Origin: Geosiphon pyriformis uo1
Lineage: Eukaryota; Fungi; Glomeromycota
Length of the DNA stretch: 64,000 nt
Assembly (NCBI GenBank): GCA_016748015.1
Contig: JAAOMT010000503.1
Span: forward strand, 397,669-461,668
Reading direction: 5' to 3'
The position numbers were made by a program, and so were the translations under genes. The stretch's first letter is position 1; the number at the start of each line of letters is the position of its first letter. The notes under the pieces were generated by a model. The model saw only the letters and a program-made list of their open reading frames with translations, ran no database searches and was not told the DNA's origin. Shown piece by piece: positions 50,324 to 63,399 of the stretch.

Positions 50324-53300
50324 ACGCGATGTTGAATCACTATGTGGTTGAAGTTAGTGAACACTTTGACACTGACCACAAGGCTGTTTCTGTAAACATA
50401 GGCCTGGGTGGTTTGTTGGATGTGAGGCTCTCATCACTGCACAGGTAGACAAACAAAGATCATTGGAAGTTTAATGTCAACAATATTAGTAAGACCAAAT
50501 GAAATGAGTTTAAGGGTGCCTCAGTTGCCAATGCTGCTATGTTTTTGGAAGCATTTGTTGTGGCTAATAGGCTCTCAGATTTGGATGCTATGTGGGATGT
50601 TATTTGCAAGGTTGTGATTTTCTCGGCCAATAAAGTGCTCAAGAAGAGGTGGTTCAGAGGGTTTGATAACATTTTCACTAAAGAGTTTTCTAGGTTTCAT
50701 AAACTTGAATTGTTAGTGTCTAAGTTGGTGAAAGCTTCCCATTTGGTTTTTAGTAACATCTTCGCTTTGCTCTTGGATACTTGGGTCGGACTTGATCCTA
50801 AAGATGCTTCTATGACAAGTTCTCTCTTTCTGTTTGGTTCTGATTTTGATTTTATTCATATAGTGCTGGCTAAAGCAAAAAAATCTTATTGTTCTGCAAA
50901 ATTGTTGGAATCCAAGTATGCTGAAGAGTCTCAAATCAAGCAAGCTATTGAGAGGAAAATAGAGAGTTTTGAATTTGACAAAGGCCATACTATCAAAAGT
51001 GTTTTGGAATAGCCCTTTCATAGAGTAATATTGGATTATTTGGTTACAAGCAATGATTTGGTCCTGGAGCCTGATTTGGTTAAATCTAAGGTGGATGATA
51101 TTATGGAGGGTTGGACTTGAAAGCATGTGGTGGTGTTTGATATCTCTGATAATTAGGTGCACCAGTTTCAGTCTTTAGACTATGTTTTTGATGGTGTCTT
51201 TTCTAGTGTGATGTGTTTAATTGGCTTTGCTGAGATGTTTGGTGTTATTTCAGATTTGCCCAATGGAAAGGCAGCTGGTCTTTCTGGTATCAGTAATGAG
51301 TTGTGGAAGCATTATGACAAATCAGTTTTAGATATGCTTGTGGTGCTCTTGAATTCATGCTTGGATTGTAAATTAGTACCTGGGCCTTAGAGGGAGGCTT
51401 GGGTTTCGATGATTCCTAAACCATATGAATGGGAGGGTGTTTTCACAAATACATGTCCTATTGCTTTGATCAAAATGGTGTTACCAAATGAAATTAGGGA
51501 TATTATTTAACATAAAATTATCTTATAATTTCTATCATTAATTAGCATATATTATCGTTTCAAATTATTACTTATTACATTAGCAAAAATGTCTGAAATT
51601 ATTATTTAATTAATAACCCAAATTGTACACAACATAAATGTAACCTAATTGCAATGATTAATCATGCAATACCCTGAACTATGTAATATTCAAAAGTTTG
51701 CTGAAATTTGTAGAAATTTGCTGAAATAATTGATAGTTCACCGAAATATCTAATAGTTCGCGGAAATAACTTGTAGTTCACCAAAATGTATCTTTAGTTT
51801 AGCAAAATTGTAGAAAATAGCAAAGTTCAAGTTCATAGAATAGTGTTACGACAAGTTGTATAAAAGAAGAGCTTCTCTTTTCGAGAAAATGTATCTTGCT
51901 TTAGATTTATCACTTAGAACCACTCCTACACATACAAAAAAAAATAAATATAAAATAATTCGAAAAACCAAAAACTTTTTAATTATTGCATTTGAAAAAT
52001 TCTCAAAACTCAACTAACATTTTGAAATTGATTAGCTACCAATTTCAATAAACTGTTAATAACTCCAGGCCTGGATTGAAAATGTTTTCCTTAACAGAAT
52101 TCTATTTCTTTTACATTTTTTTATTTTCTTTTTTTCTTACTATAATCATTAGGGTAGTCTACAGATGAGATTCCTGTAGAAGAGTTGACTTTCACAGCAA
52201 AGTAACTACACATTTTTTTGTAAGCTTCCAGACAAGCATTTCCTGGGAAAGAGTTGACGTTTACTACAATGTAACTACATAAAGCAACTGGCACGGAATT
52301 GGCCATTCTACTTATAAGCCCAGCAGTTCAAATTATAGGAGATAATTTGAAGATAAATTCAGTTACTGGAGGTTCAACCATATCCAGAAAATGTAAATTT
52401 ACAGCAAACAAACATCGACAACATTTAAAAAAAGAGACCAAAAACCTCTGATAACAACAGTCCACAAGATTCTTTCAGACAGAATCTCTTCAGCATACAG
52501 TGCATTTGATGTTTTACATGAGAACAATTTTTCTGTTTTGAAGGGTACAACTATGTAGTCACTTATTTTTGCCATTGGTTCTGTTGTTGAAGATGCATTA
52601 AAAAAGAACCGAAAACTATGGCTGGTTTTGCAAGATATGCATAAGGTGTATGATTCTGTTGGTTGGAAACATCTCGAAAGGAGCCTAATTAGAATCAAGA
52701 TATGTGATAAGTTCATAAGATTTTTTGGTAGCATTCACAATGGTTGCTATAACAGGGTTATGATGGATTTTGGCTTGTCTGATGGTTATTGTGTTCATGA
52801 TAGTTTGGATTAAGGAGAGGTTTTTTCACCACTTTTTTGGCACATATTTTATGATCCACTATTATGTGAGATCAAAAAGCAGGAAAGTGTGTGTGGCTAC
52901 AGATTGAATTCTTATTTTATTTCCAAAACTGGCTGGGCTGAATCTTAGGCTGGGCTGACTTCATTTTTAGCTGTCAGTGCTTTTGTCAATGATACAATTT
53001 GGGTTGGTAGCAGCCAGGCTGCTATGCAATACATTCTCAATGTTGCTAGTGATTTTTTTAGGTTCAATAACATTTCAATTAATAATAACAAGACTGTAGC
53101 CATTCTTATCAACTGTTGAGTAGCAAGTCCCTATCTGACTATTAGTGGGTTACCTATTTCCATTGCCAAAAAAGAGGAGTCTCATTGTTATCTGGATATA
53201 TTTCTATCTTCTGAGAGTCTTTCGAAGTTCAGTCTGGTGAAGACTCATTCAGACATTTGTTTTTTTGTCAATTTTGTTCTTAAGAAGACTGTGTTAGATA

Positions 53301-55366
53301 AACAATTCATGTATTTGGTGTCTGTAATTCTTTTTCCTATCATCAATTATAGGACTCAATTCAGTTTTGTTTCTGTTAGTGTGTGTTATAAATGAGATGC
53401 TATAATTTGCAAGGGTTTAAAATCTAAGGCTGGTCTGCCAATTGATTTTTTCAATAATGCGCTCCATCATCCCTCTTTATATGGTTTGAAAACTTTTGAG
53501 CAGATTCAGGCTGAAAGCAAATCAGCATCTGTTATTGCTTTTGCAAATTTGGTTGGTGTTTTGGGTTGTTTGTTCTTTCACAGATCTTTTGATCTCCAGG
53601 CCTTCAGTTGACATCCTCATTACCCTTTGGTGTTTCTGGCTTGTATTGGTGTTAACCTTTTGAATAACTTTCTGGCAGGTGTGGTTCATGTTTTTTCTGG
53701 TTGTGATTTGTCCTTAGATGGCTCTCTGGCCTGTGTTTTTTGCCTTTGGAGTGGCACTCCTATGTCTCTTGTTCTTGGTAAGCCTAATTTTGTTAAGTGT
53801 GTTTCTTCATTCCAGCACTATAGAATCGTTTTTGTAGACCAACTCTGTGATAAAAGTGGTATTCTTTTCAGTTGGCAGACTTTCAAGCATTGGAAGAAAT
53901 TGGACCTCCATGGCCCGGTTCTTTTCTGGTTTGATCTCTCTGTTCATTTTCTCAATGATACTGCTCTTTCTTCTGTTTGTTCCTTGCCTGTGAATGGTTA
54001 TATCTCTTCTAATATTTGTCAATCTCATGATTTTGGTGTTGTTTGTGGCAATCTTTTAAACACTGATATGGCTTGCCTCTCTGCATATATGGATGAGTCT
54101 CTGATTAGTTTGGGAACTGTTAATATGAAAGCTGGTGTGGCTGTTTTTTTTGAGGACATTGGTTCAGATTTGGGTGTAGAGGTGTCTGGTCTGGTTTTTT
54201 CTATTCTGACAGAGCTGTAAGCTATTGCACTGGCTCTTGAGTGTGTTCTCTTTTCCCATTTGGTCAACTTGTTTTCAAACAGCCAGACAGCTTTAGATGC
54301 ATGCAAATCTGAGTCTTTGTTGGTTTGTCCGGATTTCAGAAATCAGTGCTGGATTGAATGGCACCACATTGCTAATGTTATTTGTTGAAAAAATTTAGAT
54401 GTGAACTGAATCAAAGTGAGAGGTCATTCGGGTGTTTTGGGCAATAAGCATGCTGATGCACTTGCTAAGGATGCCGCTTTCTTGCCTTGGCGGCTGTCCT
54501 ATTTGATTAGTGAATGTTTTCTGAGAGCTGGTAGTGTTGTGGTTTCTGGTAATTCTAGGCATTTTGTTCATGATGTTTTCCAGTCTATTAATTGTGCACA
54601 TTGGAAGGTTGGTTCTGGCTCAAAAGTTGTGGCAGATAATTTGTATGGCAATATTGATTGGTCCAGGTCCTCTTTGGTGTGGCACCCAGATTTCCACATG
54701 GCAACTGGTTTTACTAGTATTCAGATGGCTGGCTTTCGTACATATTTTATGAAGGCTCTTCATCATCGCCTTCCTGTTGCTGTGCAAAAGCGTCTGTATA
54801 ATAGAGGTTATTCCAGTGTAGTTTGTTTGTTCTGTGATGAGATTGAAGTCTCAGACCATGTTTTTTCTTGCTCTTCTGATGCTGATAGTTGCACCAGTTT
54901 GTTGGACACTTATGCAGCTGCCTGGGAGGTGCATTCTGGTCTGTCTCATTCTTCTTCGTGCATATTACAGTTGTTGTCAACTTGCATTTCATATGTAACT
55001 GTCAGTACGGTCCTGTGTAAGAGCTTTGTTTTCAGCGATTGGTATCACAAGTCTGTTTCTGTTTACAAGGATCCTAAGATGGCAGTGGTTAATGTTGTGA
55101 ATTTTGTATGTGAATTTTGTCTTGCATTTTGTGATAATATCTGGCTGGTCCATGTGAAACACCAGGCCATTATGGAGAAAAATAAGCTAATTCCACATGA
55201 TAGTTCTATTCCTGTCGCTGTTTCTGGCTTTTCTATGTGGCTTTCGGCTGGGGTGATTAGGTTGTTGGATGTTGCTGATGCACTTGGCATCAGTTTTGGG
55301 TATCATAAGCTTTGTTTGTTTTATGCGGATGTTGGTGATATGGCTTCTGTTCATATAAGTGCATAG
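50324..55366 (+). pseudogene. LINE copy 2 ORF2, remainder (end of APE, RT, RNase H, C-terminal Zn finger), interrupted by a solo LTR
   Basis: DTDH; DMHKVYDSVGW; AFVND (decayed FVDD); RNase H YMDES...TEL*AIALAL...SNSQ...KVRGHSGVLGNKHADALAK; CLFC..E.SDHVFSC. Confidence 0.92.
51479..52456 (+). repeat. Solo LTR related to the A/C family (978 bp)
   Basis: TGTTAC...ATAACA; 3' half near-identical to the C LTR; flanks ATGG/ACAG are consistent with an ancestral TSD ACGG. Confidence 0.93.
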
Positions 55367-55506
55367 TGTTGTTCTGACTAATCTGAGTGTCTGGTCATGT
55401 GTAGCAAAGGCATGATTTGTGCCTAGTTTAGATCATTTGTATAATGTATAGCACTAGGTGGCATTTGGACTTTACTTGTTAAACTTTTAATAATAATAAT
55501 AAAAAA

Positions 55507-56462
55507 AAATTTTAGTCATAAATTAGCATAAAATTACCCTTATAATTTCTATTATTAATTAATATATATTAATATCATTTTAATTATTACTTATTACTTA
55601 ATCAAATTATCAAATATTATTATTTAATTAATAATTTAATTTATACAATAAAAATTAGAATATCAAAATTACATAATATTTTGAACTATATAACATTTAA
55701 GAATTTGTCAAAATTTGTAAAAATTCATCAAAATAATAAATAGTTTACCAAAATAATTAATAGTTCGATAAAATAACTTGTAATTTGTTAAAATATATCT
55801 TTAGTTTATTAAAATCATAACAAAAAAAAAGTTCAAGTTTATAAATTAGTACTACAACAAATTGTATAAAAGAAAAGCTTTTTTTTTTAAGAAAATATAT
55901 TTTATCTTATTATAGATATTTTATTTTCTTTAAAATTATCTTACAGTACAAATTCAAAATAAAAATATATTTTAAAAACCAATTTTAAAATAATTACACT
56001 TGAAATTTCCCAAAATCCAACTAATATTTTGAAATTAATTAGTTACTAATTTTAATAAACTATTAGTAATTTCAGATCTGAACCAAAAAACAATTTCTTT
56101 AATAAAATTTTATTTTTTTTATATTTTTTATATTTTTTATATTGTTTTTATTATAATTATTAGAGTAGTTTACAGACAAAATTCTTGTAGAAGAGTTAAC
56201 TTTTACAGCAAAGTAACTATATATTTTAGTAAGCTTTTAGACAAGCAATTCTTGGAAAAAAGTTGATGTTTATTATAATATAACTATATAAAGTAACTGG
56301 TATAAAATTGTCTATTCTATTTATAAGTTCAGTAGTTTAAATTATAAAATAATTTGAAAATAAATTCAGTTATTAAAGGTTTAATTATTTACAAAAAACG
56401 TGAATTTACACCAAATAAGCATTAATAACATCAAAAAAAGAGACCAAAAACTTCTAGTAACA
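55507..56462 (+). repeat. Old, heavily AT-decayed A/C-family solo LTR (main part)
   Basis: Colinear with the C LTR from AATTTTAG to AGAGACCAAAAACTTCTAGTAACA; followed by ACAT. Confidence 0.9.
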
Positions 56463-56830
56463 ACATATATTAAGCCAGTTATTATTATTATAAACCAAAA
56501 ATATGTATTAATACATGTATTTTTTTATATTTTTTATATTTACATATTTATTTTGTATTTAATATATTCAAAAAAATATATTTATTAATTGTAAAAAATA
56601 TTAACAAATAGAGATAATTAAAACAAATTTTATTTAAAATAAACTAATATTATTTAATCTGTATTACTAAAAGTATATAATATCAAATAAAACCACCAAA
56701 AAATAAAAAACTTCTTTCTCTCTTACCTCCACAAATCTCCAAAAAGTGCATTTTCTGAAAAAGAAGTTTTTTGTTTTTTTTAGTCTGTATTAATATTTCT
56801 TTACCTAATAGTAACTCATTTTTCGTGGAT

Positions 56831-58711
56831 ATGGAGGCTACTGCTAATAGCACTGCACTTAAGAAGAAAGCTCCTAAGGGTGCTTTTCAAGATTCTGCTG
56901 GTGGCTTCTTTTCTCAAAAGAAAAAGGTTGTTCTTGGTAATATGAAACATTCTGGTGATGAAAAGGATATATCCTTGAGCAAAACTAGATCTAGTGGCAA
57001 TGTGTATTCTGATGTAGAGAGTCTTTCTGGTGAGGATGGAGATGTTAGCATGTCTGGGATGAATGGTGGATTTTTTTTGGACTCAGCGGCTACTACACCC
57101 AAGGCAAAGTGAATCAATACTGGTGCTGGTTTTGGTTCTCCACTTGGCTCTCCTAATTTTCATATGGATAATAATGAGATTGTGCTCTCTCCTCACTTGC
57201 CTATCTCTTTAGAGAAGAAATAGATCGACCCTAAAATTATCAAGACTCCTGTAAAAGTGTCAATTAAGAAGTTATTTGCTTTGAATATTAATCTTTCAAC
57301 TGTGGAGGGTAAATTGGCAACAGCTAAGACTCAATTAATTAAGAAAATTTTCTCAAGAGTCAATAGTTTTGGGGAGACCACTACCCCCTCAAAATTTGAA
57401 GGGATCATCAGATCTATCTTTACCTCAGAGATCAGCATGAAAAAGGCCACATCATTGGCCAGGAAAAATAAGATTGTCATAAATACCAATCTCAAAAAAC
57501 AAGGAGTGCATTCAGATCGGACTGTGGTGATCAAAGAAATTCTCATGGACACACCAAAGGATATGATCATCGCCACAGTATCTGAATTTGGAGAAATTAA
57601 ATCAATCAAGATTCAGTTGATTGGAATGTGGCAAAAAGCTGTGATGAAATTTGCTGAATCTAGTCAGGCTGATATGTTGGCTTCAAAATGGTCATTCCTA
57701 ATCGGGAAAGATTCTGTGTGTGTGGCAAAAGCCATAGGAGATTGTAATATCTGGGCCTTTAGGGATTGTTTTAAGGCATTTTTGTTTATTTTGCCAATAG
57801 GAACAACTGCGCATGATCTTAGTAATCTTTTGAATAATACTTGTAGCAAAACTTGCATTATTAATCGTTTGTTGGACACTGGCAATAGAGTTTGTTGTGT
57901 TGTGGTTGGCTTTGAATCTGAAAATAATCTCAATTCTGCTTTTCTTACTGAGTCTGTTTTTGGTGGTGTTTGTTTCTTATGGGCTAAGTTGGATTTGGTT
58001 TGGTGTAGAAAATGTGAGCGTCTTGGTCATTTGGCTCTAGAGTGTGATGCATCAGATATGTCATCTTCTGATCTCTTGAGTTCATTTAATAAAAAACGTG
58101 CTCTTGGTATGGATCATCTTCAGTTGGCCAAATTATATGCAAAGAAAAATGTTCTTATCTCTCACTCTGCTGCCTTTGGTGGCAAATCATGGGCTCAGGT
58201 AGTTTCTTTTGCTTCCTCTTCTGGTGGCTCTCCTTCTGGTTCTGGTCTTGGTGTTGGCTTCTTTCTTTCTGTGACTTTGGGTTTAGGTAGTGGTTTTCCC
58301 TCTTTTACAATTAATGATTCTTTTTTAAATGCTTGTTTGGCGTCTTTGAAACACTCTCTCGAGCTGTTGGCTGACCAGGTTTCTGGTATTTTGAAGAAAT
58401 TGAGTTTTGTTGAATTGGTGCCTGTGGTTCCATCTGCTGGTGCTCTTCTTTTGGTTGGCTCTGTGTCTTTGGTCCCTGTTTTGGATTCTGATATGGCTCT
58501 AGATAGTGAGTTGGTGTCGTCCACTCCCTATCCTTCGAGTGCTGATTTGGATGCTGGCTTCAGTTCAAGTAGTTCAAAGGTTCTAACTACCAAGATGGGT
58601 GGTTTGAAGTCTAAAATGTTGGCTTTGGAGACTTTTGTTGATTCTGTTTTGGCTAGGTTAGATCTTTTATGTTCTGGTTCAGGTTTTCTCTTATCTCTTT
58701 CTTTTCAATGA
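56831..58711 (+). pseudogene. LINE copy 3 ORF1 (RRM-like plus CCHC knuckle)
   Basis: VSEFGEIKSIKIQLIGMWQKAV, CRKCERLGHLALEC; homologous to copy 2 ORF1; two internal stops. Confidence 0.9.
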
Positions 58712-61700
58712 GTGCTTTGATATGGAAATTTGCAATGTATAATGTCCAAGGTATCAATGTTCCTACAAAGTAGGTAAATGTTCTCCATTGGCACGTGAAT
58801 TCTGGTTTGATGGTGTCTTTTGTTAGTGAGATGAAATTAAGATCTTCTATTGGTCCTTGGATCAAGGATAAATTTAATGGTGTTCAAATTTTTACTTCTG
58901 GTTTGGACATTGGTTTTCTTGGTGCTGGTGTTACTATTATCATGAACAATTTTTTGGCTCGTCATGTTTCTAAGGTTAAGGAGGTTCCTGGCCAGGTTAT
59001 TGCTGTGCAGCTTTTGTTCAGGAATAAACTTTTGGTTTCTGTTATTGGTTTGTATACTGGTGCCTCTTCTGGTGTTTGTTTTGGTCAGGCTTCTAAGATG
59101 AATTCTCTTATTGCTAAGGTTATTAACTCCAGTACCTTTGTTGTTTTGTGTAGTGACTTTAACAAAAATAGATCAGGAAAGAGTGCAAGTTTCAAATTCT
59201 GCTTGGGTTTGAATTTGGTCAATTCATTGGTTGGCCAACCTTTGGTTGGGGCTTCTACATGAAGTAATTCTAGGGAGGTTAAGAAGACCATTAATTTCAT
59301 CTTTGTTAGTGAGAATTTGGTTTCTGCTGTTGCTGACCATAGGGTTGGCTCTGTTTCGGACTTTTTTGACACTAATCACAATGCTGTTATGGTTTCTATT
59401 GGTTTGGGTGGACTCTTAGATGTCTGGTTAAATAACTTGCACAAGCAGGCTAACAAGGATCATTGGAAGTTTAATATTAAGAATGCTGATAATGCTGGAT
59501 GGTTTTGTTTTAGGAACTGCTCCTTTGCCATGATTTTGGGTGTGATAGATAAATTTTATGTTACTACTGCGGAACTAGATTTGGATATTATGTGATTGTT
59601 GCTGAAGAAGATGTTGGTGGATTCTGCAGATAAGATGTTTTCTTGGTGTTGGTTTAATGAGTTTCAGTGTTCAAGAAACAAACATTTATCTAAGTTTTTG
59701 GGCTTGGAGTTGTTAATTGTCAAAATTGTCAAAAAGTTTGGCTTGGCTAATACCTCTGATTTTGATCGCCTTGTGTAGAAATGGTCTATGTTAGATGCTA
59801 ATAGAGCTCTTGTGTTGATGGATATGGTTCAGTCTGATCAGAAAGGGGTTGACATTCTCAAGTTTTTATCAATTGTCAAGAGAGGGTACAGGAAATCCAA
59901 AATGTATGAATCAAAATTGTTACAGAAGGCCTCTATCAGGGATGCTATTGAGAAGCGCATAGAAAAATTTTGTTCTGACAAAAGTAGCATGATTAAGAGT
60001 GTTTTAGATTGGCCTTTTCAGAAGGTTGTTCTGGATCATCTGGTTGTTGATGATAAGCTTGTTTTGGAGCCAGAAGAAGTAAAATTGAAGGTTGATAAAA
60101 TTATGGAGGGTTGGATGAGGAGGTGAGTGGTGCTTTCAGTACTGCCAGACTTTTGGGCCCATCAGTATGCTTCCTTGGCCTATGTTAAGGATGATACTTT
60201 TTCTGGTGTTATGAGTGCAGTTAGTTTGAATGAGTTGCTTTTGGTCATTGGTGGTTTGCCCAATGGTAAAGCTGCTGGCTTATCTGGCATCCCTAATGAA
60301 CTTTGGAAACATAGTGGTGAAAGGGTGATGGAGTGTCTCTTGGTGTTGTTGAATGCGTGTCTATCTGTTAGTTCTGTGCCTGCTTTGTGGAAAAAAGCCT
60401 GGGTCTCAATGATTCCAAAACTTTATGATTGGAATAGGGTTTTAACAAATACTCACCCTATTGCTCTGATTGAAACAGCCAGGAAAATTCTTTCCAAAAT
60501 TCTCTTAGACAGAATCTTTTTCATATGTGGCAAGTTTGACATTTTCTATGGTGACAATTTTTCGGTGCTGAAGGGTACTTCTACTTAATTTCTTGTGTTT
60601 GCCATTGGATCAGTGGTCAAAGATGCTTTTGAGAAGAATAGGGAACTTTGGTTGATTTTGCAGAATATGCGCAAGACATATAATTCTGTTGATTGGCATT
60701 ACTTGAGAGCTAGCCTGCATCATATCAAAATGTGTGAAAGGTTTATTGGCTTGTTTGGTGGTATCCATACAGATAGAGTTAATAGAGTGATGACTGATTT
60801 TGGTTTTTCAGGTGGTTATAGAGTACATGATAGCCTTAATCAGGGTGAAGTCTTTTCGTCTCTTCTTTGGAGGATTTTTTATGATCCACTTTTGTGTGAA
60901 ATTAAAAGGCATGAGCATTTGTGTGGATATTGCATTGATACTAAGTTCATGGCAAAAACTGGCAGGATTGAGAATAGTGGTGAGATGACTTTCTTTTTTA
61001 CAGCTGGCACTTTTGTAAATGATACAATTTGGATTGGAGATTGCCAGACTTCTATGCAGTATGCTTTGAACATTGTTAGTGAGTTTTTTTTTATCAATGA
61101 TATTTCTATAAACAATGAGAAGATGGTGGCCATACCAATTAATCAGGGTGTCAAGATTGCTTCTTTAAATATAAGTGGTCAGCTGATTTCTATTGTGAAA
61201 AAGGGTGAGGCTTACAGATATTTGAGAATTTTTTTGTCAACTAAGGGGTTATCCAAACCCAGTCTGGCCAAGGCTCACTCAGATGTTTGGTTTTTCATCA
61301 ATGTGGTGCTCAGAAAAGTGATCATAGATAAGCAGTTTTCCTATTTGGTCTCAGCTGTCTTACAGTCCATTGTTAGTTATCAGATGCAGTTTAGTTTTGT
61401 TTTGTCTGGTGTGTGCTACAAGTGGGACATTTTGGTCAAAAAGGGCCTCAAATCCAAAGCGCATCTGCCTTGTGATTTTTTTGATTCTGCTCTGTATCAT
61501 CTTTCACTGTATGATCTGAAGTTTTTTAAGCAGGTGCAGTCTGAAGAGAAGGTGGCTTCTTTGATCTCTTTTGCTAATGTCTCTGACATTCTTGGCCACT
61601 TGTTTGAGCATAGATTTCTGGACTTGCAGATTCTGGGTTGGGCTCTTTTAGATCTTTTTCAATTTCCTGTCAAGTTGCATGTTAGTCTGGTGAACAATTT

Positions 61701-63399
61701 TTTGGCAGGTGTTGTGAAGATTCTTTTAGACAATAATCTCTCTTTGGTAAACAACATTCCTAATGCTTTTTGTCATCCTGGTCATTTTCCGATGTTTTTC
61801 ATTCTTGGGGAGTCTCTTTACTTTAGTTCTGTTTAGTTTCTTAAACACTTTGGTGTTGCTTTTGGTGATCAGCTTTTCAATAAAAAGGGAGAGTTGTTGG
61901 ATTGGAAGACTTTTCGTTACTGGAAACATTTGGATCCACAGGGCCCTGTGCCCCATTGGTTTGCGGTTGCTTCTAAGTTTTTTTTGGATCAGGGTTTTTT
62001 CTCCCTGGGCTTTACTGGTGCTGTCTATTCTGGTGGTTTGAGTATTATGGACTCTGATGTGTTTTCTTCTGTATGGAATAGTTTACATGAGATTTGGTCT
62101 GGCTGTTTTAAGGTGTATACAAATAGGTTTTTTAGGGGTGCTGGATCTGCTGATGTGTCGAGTGGTGCTGTTGCATACTTCCTGGCTTTGGATTTGAGTG
62201 TTGGTGTCAGGGTTTTTGGTCTTTTATCTTCTACTATGGCTGAGTTGCAGGCTGTTGCTCTGGCTTTAGAGTGTGTTCTGTCATCTTGTTCTGTGGTTTT
62301 GCATCTCGACAGCCAAGCTGCCATTAATGTTTGTGTCTCTGAGTTATTGTTTCTTGTTTCAGACTTTTGTAATTACTGCTGGATTGAAAGGAGGCATATT
62401 TTTAACTTGATTAGGAATAAGGATCTCAGTGTAAGTTGGGTTAAAGTCAAAGATTATGCTGGTGTTTTTGGCAACATGAGAGCCAATAAGTCTGCAGGTG
62501 AAGCTGCTGGCTCTTCTTATGTTTTGCCAATAGGGATACGGAAGCATTGTTTAATGGCTGAAAACACTGTGATTTTGGGCAATGCCCACTACTTTGTTAG
62601 AGATGTGTTTAGATCTGTTTGTCATGCTTGCTGGGAGGCTGGTTTAGGCCAGAATGTGGTCTCAGTTGACATGCTGAGGGATTTTAATTAGACTGCTTCA
62701 ATGAAGGTCTGGCATCCTGACTCACACATACTTGCTGAGTTTACTAGCCAGAAATTGGCTGATCTTCGAACATATTTAATGAAGACTGTACACAAAAGAT
62801 TGCCAGTGGCTGTCAGAAAAAGATTATATAATAAATGTTATCCAGGTGTTCAGTGTTTGTTGTGTGGAGAGGTAGAACTACTAAACCATGTTTTTACTTG
62901 TTCGTAGGATGTTCACACCCAAACGGAAATTTTGCTGGAGGCTTTTGCACACTGAGCATCTCTGGTTGGCAATTGTGATCCATTTTCCTCTTCTGTTCTT
63001 AAAGTTCTTGATTCTTGTCACTTGGATGTTGGCAGATATTTGGTTTTGTGTAAAGATTTTGTGATGAAGAGTTGGTGTGTTGAGGCAGTGGGTGTTTTTG
63101 AGGATGCTAGAAAAGTCTCCAGAATGGTAGTTGAGTTTGTGAGGTTCTTGGTTGAGCTGCATTGATCTAGGATCTAGTTGATTAGATCTAAATTCAAAGC
63201 AGACATGAAGAAGGCTGGCTTGGTCAATAATAATTGTTTGGTTTCGGGTTTGTCATGTGGGATGTATTCTGTGCTTTCAGATAATGTGGTGAGGATGCTT
63301 GGCGTTGCTAAGTTTTTTGCTGTCAGTTTTGGCCATTGTGGACTTTGCCTTTTTTTTTTGGGTCTAGATAGTAGTTCTCGTGTTTATATAGGTGTGTAG
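58708..63399 (+). pseudogene. LINE copy 3 ORF2 (APE-RT-RNase H-Zn finger)
   Basis: ATG overlaps the ORF1 stop (ATGA); SEMKL, SDFN, DTNH, QGEVFS, TFVND, STMAELQAVALALE, LDSQAA, WVKVKDYAGVFGNMRANK, CLLCGEVE..NHVFTC. Confidence 0.92.

Larger units (their letters stand above)
27954..55506 (+). mobile_element. LINE copy 2, full length (~6.9 kb net), carrying Gypsy D (with C inside) and a solo LTR
   Basis: 5' UTR, ORF1 and ORF2 rejoin across both insertions (NLANA|MLNHYVVEVSEHFDTDH; ALIKT|VHKILSDR). (TAA)n plus poly-A tail. Probable TSD AAATTTTA (27946-27953 and 55507-55514). Confidence 0.92.
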
